A stretch of 63,065 nucleotides of DNA, filler included, from Octopus bimaculoides (taxonomy: Eukaryota), in assembly GCF_001194135.2 (NCBI RefSeq). It is 5 parts of 5 records of this genome, joined end to end, with 100 filler letters (N's around TTAATTAATTAA, not from the genome) between each part and the next. Parts side by side here need not be neighbours in the genome. Positions count along the whole stretch, not along the records: positions 53,136 to 58,814 come from NC_069009.1; positions 58,915 to 63,065 come from NC_068999.1; 3 more parts are not named here. One strand, 5' to 3'. Numbering within the stretch: position 1 is the stretch's first letter; each line of letters starts with the position of its first letter. This document shows positions 53,607-63,065 of the stretch, piece by piece. The notes beneath the pieces were generated by a model that saw only the letters and a program-made list of their open reading frames with translations, had not been told where the DNA came from and searched no databases. The position numbers and the translations under genes are program-made.

Positions 53607-54838
53607 GTATATACATACACATGTATGTATATTTACATTTATACAAACGTGTATATATATTTATATGTATACATACACGTGTATATATGTATATATATAT
53701 ATAAATATATATACATATATACAAATGTATATGTGTGTGTGTATATATATATATATACATATATACATGTGTATGTGTGTATATATATGTACAGACATAC
53801 ATATGTATATACATAAGTATATATAAATATATATACAGACATCTGTATGTGTATATATTTATGTATATACATATGTATGTATATANNNNNNNNNNNNNNN
53901 NNNNNNNNNNNNNNNNNNNNNNNNNNNNNNNNNNNNNNNNNNNNNNNNNNNNNNNNNNNNNNNNNNNNNNNNNNNNNNNNNNNNNNNNNNNNNNNNNNNN
54001 NNNNNNNNNNNNNNNNNNNNNNNNNNNNNNNNNNNNNNNNNNNNNNNNNNNNNNNNNNNNNNNNNNNNNNNNNNNNNNNNNNNNNNNNNNNNNNNNNNNN
54101 NNNNNNNNNNNNNNNNNNNNNNNNNNNNNNNNNNNNNNNNNNNNNNNNNNNNNNNNNNNNNNNNNNNNNNNNNNNNNNNNNNNNNNNNNNNNNNNNNNNN
54201 NNNNNNNNNNNNNNNNNNNNNNNNNNNNNNNNNNNNNNNNNNNNNNNNNNNNNNNNNNNNNNNNNNNNNNNNNNNNNNNNNNNNNNNNNNNNNNNNNNNN
54301 NNNNNNNNNNNNNNNNNNNNNNNNNNNNNNNNNNNNNNNNNNNNNNNNNNNNNNNNNNNNNNNNNNNNNNNNNNNNNNNNNNNNNNNNNNNNNNNNNNNN
54401 NNNNNNNNNNNNNNNNNNNNNNNNNNNNNNNNNNNNNNNNNNNNNNNNNNNNNNNNNNNNNNNNNNNNNNNNNNNNNNNNNNNNNNNNNNNNNNNNNNNN
54501 NNNNNNNNNNNNNNNNNNNNNNNNNNNNNNNNNNNNNNNNNNNNNNNNNNNNNNNNNNNNNNNNNNNNNNNNNNNNNNNNNNNNNNNNNNNNNNNNNNNN
54601 NNNNNNNNNNNNNNNNNNNNNNNNNNNNNNNNNNNNNNNNNNNNNNNNNNNNNNNNNNNNNNNNNNNNNNNNNNNNNNNNNNNNNNNNNNNNNNNNNNNN
54701 NNNNNNNNNNNNNNNNNNNNNNNNNNNNNNNTACATACACATATACACAAACACACATATGCATACATATATATACATACATATATAATAAATATATAGA
54801 TACATATACATATATGTAAATATATATACACATATACG

Positions 54839-54885
<47 letters not shown>

Positions 54886-55093
54886 GCATGCATGCATACA
54901 TACACACACATATATATACACACACACATATGCATACATACACACACACATGTACATATATATATATATACACACACATACATGCATATTGTATACAGTT
55001 ATACATACATATATGTATGTATACATATGTTGACATATAAATATATAGAAATACGTATACATATATACAGATGTATACACACAAACACACATG

Positions 55094-55129
<36 letters not shown>

Positions 55130-55474
55130 CGCAAATATATATGTACATGTGTGTATATATATATATATATTTAGAGAGAGAAAGAGAGAGAGTGAGAGAT
55201 ATACATGTATTTACACGTATGCGTGTATATATATGTGTGTGTGTGTGTATGTGTGTGTTCAAACATTTTTCGTATTACTTTATATGACATACAATTTATT
55301 CATACAAATGAATATACATAAATATATATATATGTATACACGCACATGTATATACACCTACATCAATATATACACAATTTGTTGTTCGTTTTCTTCTGGA
55401 TTAACATAGATAGAACGATTGATAGAGATAAAATAACTGTCTAGTACATTATTTATACATGATACCTATATATG

Positions 55475-55507
<33 letters not shown>

Positions 55508-55535
55508 GTTTATATATGCTTATATATATATATAN
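53470..55535. repeat. Degenerate (TA)n/(CA)n/(TG)n low-complexity field
   Basis: Direct reading. Similar fields occur at 11640-13300, 18127-18530, 25960-26640 and 58270-58810. Confidence 0.95.
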
Positions 55536-56591
55536 NNNNNNNNNNNNNNNNNNNNNNNNNNNNNNNNNNNNNNNNNNNNNNNNNNNNNNNNNNNNNNNNN
55601 NNNNNNNNNNNNNNNNNNNNNNNNNNNNNNNNNNNNNNNNNNNNNNNNNNNNNNNNNNNNNNNNNNNNNNNNNNNNNNNNNNNNNNNNNNNNNNNNNNNN
55701 NNNNNNNNNNNNNNNNNNNNNNNNNNNNNNNNNNNNNNNNNNNNNNNNNNNNNNNNNNNNNNNNNNNNNNNNNNNNNNNNNNNNNNNNNNNNNNNNNNNN
55801 NNNNNNNNNNNNNNNNNNNNNNNNNNNNNNNNNNNNNNNNNNNNNNNNNNNNNNNNNNNNNNNNNNNNNNNNNNNNNNNNNNNNNNNNNNNNNNNNNNNN
55901 NNNNNNNNNNNNNNNNNNNNNNNNNNNNNNNNNNNNNNNNNNNNNNNNNNNNNNNNNNNNNNNNNNNNNNNNNNNNNNNNNNNNNNNNNNNNNNNNNNNN
56001 NNNNNNNNNNNNNNNNNNNNNNNNNNNNNNNNNNNNNNNNNNNNNNNNNNNNNNNNNNNNNNNNNNNNNNNNNNNNNNNNNNNNNNNNNNNNNNNNNNNN
56101 NNNNNNNNNNNNNNNNNNNNNNNNNNNNNNNNNNNNNNNNNNNNNNNNNNNNNNNNNNNNNNNNNNNNNNNNNNNNNNNNNNNNNNNNNNNNNNNNNNNN
56201 NNNNNNNNNNNNNNNNNNNNNNNNNNNNNNNNNNNNNNNNNNNNNNNNNNNNNNNNNNNNNNNNNNNNNNNNNNNNNNNNNNNNNNNNNNNNNNNNNNNN
56301 NNNNNNNNNNNGTGTCTGACCCCTAAGGGTGGATGTTACTGTTGCTTTTAGCCTCAGGAGAACATCTCCTCCAGCTGGCTATTGACACACATCTGTGTCC
56401 TGTCTGTATTTGCAAAGGGAAGTCATCCTTCCCATCTTGATCTGCGATACGCATGGACTCGAGTTTCTGGGTATTTACCCATCCTCAGCGTACGACAATC
56501 GCCGACCTTCGATGAGAAAGATATTTCCTGGCAAAATATAAGGCTTTTTTCCAGTGAAATTATTCACTGATCTCGAAAAAGTGAAAACAAG

Positions 56592-56724
56592 CAATGTTAA
56601 ATCTCTGAACAAGGTATTAACAGTAACTGCACGACCCCTTAGGGGTCAGCCACATTTAAGTGGCAAATATACTTCACCTTGTCATGCAGTTACTGTTAAT
56701 ACCTCGTTCAGAGATTTAACATTG
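56592..56724. repeat. Inverted repeat with 40-bp arms (1 mismatch) and a structured 53-nt loop
   Basis: caatgttaaatctctgaacaaggtattaacagtaactgca pairs with tgcagttactgttaatacctcgttcagagatttaacattg. Confidence 0.9.
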
Positions 56725-56941
56725 AAATTAAATAAAATTTGGGATTTTTTGCGGAGGGTGAAAGTGAAAGTGAAAGAACATGACAGTGAGAACAAGACAG
56801 TAAAAGACATTACTATTAAAATTATAATTAGTGGCTATAATCATTGTCTGACCCCTGGTCAGTTATGACCAAGCAGACTCATGATTAAAGAAGTTCCAGC
56901 TGTGACTATTCTGTCTTTTACTCAGGCACAGTGTATCTAGG

Positions 56942-57796
56942 GTGGAGGCGCAATGGCCCAGTGGTTAGGGCAGCGGACTCGTGGTCATAGGATCGCGGTT
57001 TTGATTCCCAGACAGGGCGTTGTGAGTGTTTATTGATCGAAAACGCCTAAAGCTCCACGAAGCTCCGGCAGGGGATGGTGGCGAACCCTGCTGTACTCTT
57101 CCACCACAACTTTCTCTCACTCTTACTTCCTGTTTCTGTTGTGCCTGTAATTCAAAGGGACCAGCCTTGTCACACTGTGTCATGCTGAATATCCCCGAGA
57201 ACTACGTTAAGGGTACACGTGTCTGTGGAGTGCTCAACCACTTGCACGTTAATTTCACGAGCAGGCTGTTCCGTTGATCGGATCAACTGGAACCCTCGAC
57301 GTCGTAAGCGACGGAGTGCCAAAAACAACAATGTNNNNNNNNNNNNNNNNNNNNNNNNNNNNNNNNNNNNNNNNNNNNNNNNNNNNNNNNNNNNNNGTAT
57401 CTAGGGTGGAGGCGCAATGGCCCAGTGGTTAGGGCAGCGGACTCGTGGTCATAGGATCGCGGTTTTGATTCCCAGACAGGGCGTTGTGAGTGTTTATTGA
57501 TCGAAAACGCCTAAAGCTCCACGAAGCTCCGGCAGGGGATGGTGGCGAACCCTGCTGTACTCTTCCACCACAACTTTCTCTCACTCTTACTTCCTGTTTC
57601 TGTTGTGCCTGTAATTCAAAGGGACCAGCCTTGTCACACTGTGTCATGCTGAATATCCCCGAGAACTACGTTAAGGGTACACGTGTCTGTGGAGTGCTCA
57701 ACCACTTGCACGTTAATTTCACGAGCAGGCTGTTCCGTTGATCGGATCAACTGGAACCCTCGACGTCGTAAGCGACGGAGTGCCAAAAACAACAAT
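56942..57796 (+). mobile_element. SINE family B (young), full length, present twice through an assembly overlap; 11-bp TSD
   Basis: Near-identical to 40724-41090. TSD GTGTATCTAGG at 56931-56941 and 57797-57807. 56933-57334 is repeated apparently exactly at 57397-57798. Confidence 0.93.
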
Positions 57797-60659
57797 GTGT
57801 ATCTAGGACTACATTATTTAATGTATACTATAGTAGTTAGTATTAGTTCAACAGGTTAAGCGAACTGTTTGGCTTGTTAAGAAATGGAGGTTAGCAGCCG
57901 ATATATGTGATGGTGATGGCGGTGGTAGTGGTGGTGGTGGTGGTGGTGGTAGTAATGGTGGTGGTGGTTGTAATGATATCTGATAACTTTGCCAAGAAAA
58001 GGAATATCGATAGCAACTACAGCAACAACAACAACATCATCATCATCAACAACAAGATCAAGAACAGCAAACAGCAGTAAAAACAACAGCAAAAATATCA
58101 AAGCCCTTACTCTCATCTGACCCTACCATGCCCATCCCCTCCAAAATGCTTTGTCTTAAGAAACTCTCTCCTCCTCTAACTGTCCCTCACCTTCTATGTC
58201 TCTTCTTCCTCCTTCTCTTCCTCCTACCACTCCTCATGGCACTGTTTGTAATTGTACAGAAGATCTAATCCATCAAAGTGTCATACTGTATGTGTGTATA
58301 CATGTGTGTGTGTATACATGTGTGTGTGTATACATGTATGTGTGTATGTATGTGTGTGTGTGTATGTTTTTGTATGTATATGTTTGTGTGTGTGTGTGTG
58401 TGTGCATATGTATGTATGCCTGTGCTGAGTGAGTTTGTATGTGTGTATGCAGGTGCGTGTGTTTGCATGTGTGTGTATGTATGTGTATGTTTGTGTATGT
58501 GAGTGCGTGTGTGTGTGTACATTTGTATGTATGCATATGCTCAGCAAGTTTGTATGTCTTTATGTATGTATGTGTGCGTGTATGCATGTGTGTATGTGTG
58601 TGTTTTTTGTGTGTGTGGGTGTGTGTGTGCACATATGTATGCATGTTCTGAGTGAGTTTGTATGAGCGTATGTATGTCTGTGGGTACATGTACATATGTG
58701 AATGTGTGTGTATGACTGTATCTATGTCAGTATGCATATATGCACAGTTGTATGTTTGTGTATATGCATGCATGTATGTATGTGTGTGGATGTATGTATA
58801 TGGGGTACTTATGTNNNNNNNNNNNNNNNNNNNNNNNNNNNNNNNNNNNNNNNNNNNNTTAATTAATTAANNNNNNNNNNNNNNNNNNNNNNNNNNNNNN
58901 NNNNNNNNNNNNNNTCTCTCTCAAGTCGTTTGGCGCACTGATTAAATTTTGATCCGTTTGGTAATTTCCAACTTAATGAAATGCATTTGAAAATGTTTTG
59001 ACTGACATCTTTGGAAACCACCACCACCACCACCACCGACAACAACAACAACAACAACAATGATTACAGTAGAAGCAGCAACAACAACAGCATCACTACT
59101 CAGACCACTGACATCATTGTCGTCATCGTCATCACGTCCACCGCCTTCGACATCATCATTGCCTCCTCCATCGTCAATAACAACACCAGAGTTATCACTT
59201 ACCACCACCACCATCACCACCGCCACAACCACCATCATCATCATCGTCACCACCACCACCATCATCATCATCGTCACCACCACCACCAATAATAATGACA
59301 ATGACAAAAACATCTGCTGGTATCGTCATTCCACTTATGATACCAAGAACAACATCAACTTCATCTTTGTCATCATCATCATCACTAACAACAAAACCAT
59401 CACTACCATCAACAGCAGCAGCATCACTACCAACAGCATCATTCCACCACCAACAACAACACCAACAACACCAACAACACCAATAAACATCAACACCGGC
59501 AGCAAAAAATATGTAAATTGCTTAAATTGACGAACTGCAAGTCTAATTAAAAATTGAAAAAAGAAAAAATACACNNNNNNNNNNCACACACACACACACA
59601 CACACACAGAATCTGACAGTATTAGGAAGCAACAGAAATATAAGGACCTAGTTTCTCCCAGAAGTCTGTTGAGTTTCCTTACATAATATATGTGCAAGTC
59701 GATGTTATCTCCCTGTCTGTCTGTCCGTCTGTCTATCTACTTATGTACATGTGTGTGTATCTATCTATCTATCTCTCCGACTTATGTCTGTCTGTGTATC
59801 TATTCTATCTCGCTCCCCACCTGCCTACATATATACGCATATACGTATTACGTGTGTGTATCTGCTTGCTTAGGTATGTATACATCTAATAATGTGTGTA
59901 TGTTTGTATCTCTCTCTCTCTCTCTCNNNNNNNNNNNNNNNNNNNNNNNNNNNNNNNNNNNNNNNNNNNNNNNNNNNNNNNNNNNNNNNNNNNNNNNNNN
60001 NNNNNNNNNNNNNNNNNNNNNNNNNNNNNNNNNNNNNNNNNNNNNNNNNNNNNNNNNNNNNNNNNNNNNNNNNNNNNNNNNNNNNNNNNNNNNNNNNNNN
60101 NNNNNNNNNNNNNNNNNNNNNNNNNNNNNNNNNNNNNNNNNNNNNNNNNNNNNNNNNNNNNNNNNNNNNNNNNNNNNNNNNNNNNNNNNNNNNNNNNNNN
60201 NNNNNNNNNNNNNNNNNNNNNNNNNNNNNNNNNNNNNNNNNNNNNNNNNNNNNNNNNNNNNNNNNNNNNNNNNNNNNNNNNNNNNNNNNNNNNNNNNNNN
60301 NNNNNNNNNNNNNNNNNNNNNNNNNNNNNNNNNNNNNNNNNNNNNNNNNNNNNNNNNNNNNNNNNNNNNNNNNNNNNNNNNNNNNNNNNNNNNNNNNNNN
60401 NNNNNNNNNNNNNNNNNNNNNNNNNNNNNNNNNNNNNNNNNNNNNNNNNNNNNNNNNNNNNNNNNNNNNNNNNNNNNNNNNNNNNNNNNNNNNNNNNNNN
60501 NNNNNNNNNNNNNNNNNNNNNNNNNNNNNNNNNNNNNNNNNNNNNNNNNNNNNNNNNNNNNNNNNNNNNNNNNNNNNNNNNNNNNNNNNNNNNNNNNNNN
60601 NNNNNNNNNNNNNNNNNNNNGGTGAAAGAAGACAGAAGAGGTTCAGTTAATTATGATTT

Positions 60660-60808
60660 TATTCAACAAATTCCCCTCTCAGACTCACACACTTATTGCA
60701 GCAGCCCTTCAATTTTTCTAAACCCTGTAAAAGAACTCTGAAGGTTGGGCCTCCACCCAGGCCTTTTGCAGTACCCTTAAAGCCAGGAACTTTTCAGCAC
60801 CCCCTCGT
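60660..60808 (+). mobile_element. Mariner-like non-autonomous element terminus upstream of the GCC2 exons
   Basis: Ends ...ccaggaacttttcagcaccccctcgt (reverse complement ACGAGGGGGTGCTGAAAAGTTCCTGG), a mariner-type TIR. The other end is probably in the preceding gap. Confidence 0.5.
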
Positions 60809-61031
60809 GAATAATGATAATAATGATTTCAAATTTTAGGCCCAAGCTCAGCTATTTTAAGGAGCGAGCTTATCGATTGTGTTGGCCCCAGTGTTCAATT
60901 GGATCTCGTTCTATTGACCCCGAAAGAATGAATGATAATGTCAACCCCATCATCATTTGAACTCATTATTTATTTTTAAATAACTTTTATTGTTAGAATA
61001 TTATTTTTTCTTATTTTTGTTTCCTCTTTAG

Positions 61032-61101
61032 GGGAACAGCAATCCGGGTTTGTCTACATTGGTTAGCTTTGAACAGCTTCTCACTCAACCGGAACAAGAA
61101 G
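61032..61101 (+). CDS. GCC2: GCC2 (GCC185) coding exon, first one visible (70 nt)
   Basis: Acceptor ttcctctttAG, donor GTAAG. Translates GNSNPGLSTLVSFEQLLTQPEQE plus 1 nt, resembling the human GCC2 segment SLEQLLNSPETKL as I recall it. Its phase-1 end splices in frame to the next exon. Confidence 0.85.
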
Positions 61102-61451
61102 GTAAGCTCACTGGTTTCACTTTTAAAAAGTTGTCATCATCAATGATCGTCATCCTCCTCCTCATCTTTTTCATCAACCACCAAATGTCACCACACCACC
61201 ACTGCCACTACCAACACCATCATCATTAATCATTAATCATCATCATCATCATCAAACACGTCTACTATCACCATCCTCATCAATCACATGTCGTCGTTGT
61301 CATCATTATCATCACCACCACCACCACCACCACCACAACCATCACCACCTTTTATATTGTTTTTATTATTATTATTATTATTATTATTAATGGTGAAAGA
61401 CATAAATGACAGGTCGCAGATGTTTGATGTCAACAAATATGTCTGTTTCAG

Positions 61452-61534
61452 TTGTGAAACCTCCCGTGTTTAATGAAGAAGAGCTGAAAGCAAGCTACGA
61501 TTCAGCACAGAAGAGGAGTGATCACCTGGCTCAG
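61452..61534 (+). CDS. GCC2: GCC2 coding exon (83 nt)
   Basis: Acceptor ctgtttcAG, donor GTAAGA. Translates (V)VKPPVFNEEELKASYDSAQKRSDHLAQ, similar to GCC2 ...EFTKEELVQKLSSTTKSADHLNG. Phases match both neighbouring exons. Confidence 0.92.
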
Positions 61535-61772
61535 GTAAGATATATTCTTCAGATATCCTTGTCATCACCATCATCATCGTCGTCATCATCATCATTTGAT
61601 GTCCACGTTCCATGCTCTCATGAGAGAGAGAGAAGGCTGGATTTGTGTCTTGCATGTCTTCCTCTTTGTGTTTTTGTTGTAAATCATGACATTATGATTT
61701 ATTGTATTTTAAAATCTATAGATTTTTTCAAAATTTGAATATTTGTTTATTTATCTATTTATTTATTTTCAG

Positions 61773-61916
61773 CTACTAAACGAAAGCGAAGCAACTGTGA
61801 TGCGTTTGACTGAACAGGCCAAAATTCTGAAGGAAGAAATCCGTCGTTTAGAGCGGAATCAAGAAAGAGAGAAAGAATCGGCTAATTTAGAGTATTTGAA
61901 GAATATTTTCCTCAAG
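61773..61916 (+). CDS. GCC2: GCC2 coding exon (144 nt), coiled coil and start of GRIP domain
   Basis: Acceptor ttattttcAG, donor GTAT. Translates LLNESEATVMRLTEQAKILKEEIRRLERNQEREKESANLEYLKNIFLK, nearly matching GCC2 LLRETEATNAILMEQIKLLKSEIRRLERNQEREKSAANLEYLKNVLLQ, including the GRIP signature NLEYLKN. Confidence 0.97.
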
Positions 61917-62439
61917 GTATATATCACCATAAATTGCTTTATACATCATTACAATTGTATTATATATGATTAGTCATCATCATCATCGAACTGTTTTCCA
62001 TGCTGTCATGGGTTGGATGGTTTGGCAAGAGCTAGGGAACCAGGATGGTGCCAAGCTCTCTTGTCTGCTTTGGCATGGTTTGTACAGCCGGATGCCCTTC
62101 CTAATGCCAACCGCTTTGCAAAGTGTACTGGATGCTTTTCGTGTGGCACTGTCACCTGTGGAGGCACCAAGTGACTTGCAAGACAAAGACTCCCCCCCCT
62201 CCCTTGACTAGGAGGGACAGAACTTTTGAGGTGGGTGGTGGCTTAGTGCCAGTTGATGAGAAGTTCAAAGAATAATAGAGAAATAGAGATAGGAATCTTG
62301 CTGTAAAAGAGAAACAGTGTTGGAAAAGAAAGGAGAGGAAGAGAGACATACAGAGAAAAGATAGAAAGGAAGAAAGAGAGAGAGAGATTCTCTCTCTCAC
62401 ACACACATATACACACACACATATATATGCATTTATGTA

Positions 62440-62559
<120 letters not shown>

Positions 62560-62802
62560 GGAATATGTAGTCTAAAGACAATTTTGTCACCCAGTGAAGA
62601 GGTTAACAGCGAAATCTCACCAGAATCACATAAGTTGTTATCTCTAGAATAATAAAATCGGTGCCAGATTAGCTAATGTAATCCTAGATACACTATGGCC
62701 GAAGGACAGAAAGAGATGGTTGGTCAGATCCGAAAAAGCCTTTGATGATCATAAGATTGCTCATTCAGGACACCAACCTCGGTTTTGGTGGGGTGGGGGC
62801 TA

Positions 62803-62850
<48 letters not shown>

Positions 62851-62904
62851 CACTACCACCACCACCACCACTACTACTACTACTCATGTACTTTGTATTT
62901 CCAG

Positions 62905-63013
62905 TTTGTTATGTTGAAAGCTGGAGATGAGAGACAAATGTTGATCCCAGTTATTTGTACAATGTTAAAATTGAGCCCCGAAGAGAAAACACAGTTAACA
63001 GCAATTGCCCAAG
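62905..63013 (+). CDS. GCC2: GCC2 coding exon (109 nt), GRIP domain
   Basis: Acceptor gtatttccAG, donor GTAGG. Translates FVMLKAGDERQMLIPVICTMLKLSPEEKTQLTAIAQ(G), matching GCC2 FIFLKPGSERERLLPVINTMLQLSPEEKGKLAAVAQG. No stop codon, so the last exon lies beyond the window. Confidence 0.97.
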
Positions 63014-63024
63014 GTAGGTTCATT

Positions 63025-63064
<40 letters not shown>

Positions 63065-63065
63065 T

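Noticed and set aside
56942-57020. tRNA-like sequences with A and B boxes (also the heads of SINE families A and C)
   Set aside because: There is no complete cloverleaf, and each continues into a SINE body, so they are not tRNA genes.
59011-59530. Ser/Thr/Pro- and His-rich ORFs resembling a mucin-like or poly-His exon
   Set aside because: This is a degenerate (CAC/CAT/CAA)n tract that is open in several frames on both strands, with no splice support or GCC2 similarity.
60621-60640. Possible tail of the GCC2 exon upstream of 61032 emerging from the gap
   Set aside because: The required phase-0 frame contains TGA at 60623, the donor (GTTCAG) is weak, and the sequence runs into a mariner-like terminus.
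61980-62210. Short ORFs within the GCC2 intron
   Set aside because: The sequence (..ggatgcccttcctaatgccaacc..) looks like a degenerate retroposon-derived repeat rather than a nested gene, and its family could not be assigned.

Overview
A 63-kb window of draft eukaryotic genome, roughly a quarter N. Its SINE families and very high microsatellite density look cephalopod (octopus-like); this is inferred from repeat content, not a database match. The only host gene I can support is the 3' end of a GCC2/GCC185 golgin orthologue: four in-frame + strand GT-AG exons (61032-63013) encoding the C-terminal coiled coil and GRIP domain. The terminal exon and all 5' exons lie outside the readable sequence. 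The rest is repeat landscape: at least three tRNA-derived SINE families in many copies (one young family with target-site duplications), decayed mariner transposase fragments, an RTE-clade LINE 3' end, a HERO-like (restriction-like endonuclease) LINE 3' end, an intact hAT MITE with an 8-bp TSD, probable Helitron ends, several foldback elements and telomere-like arrays. Four identical 100-bp spacers (44 N + TTAATTAATTAA + 44 N) show that the window is five separately assembled pieces joined artificially, and two gap-flanking duplications are assembly artefacts. Nearly all ORFs in the supplied track are microsatellite or N read-throughs. I found no convincing new biological system; the most interesting items are structural and repeat observations.
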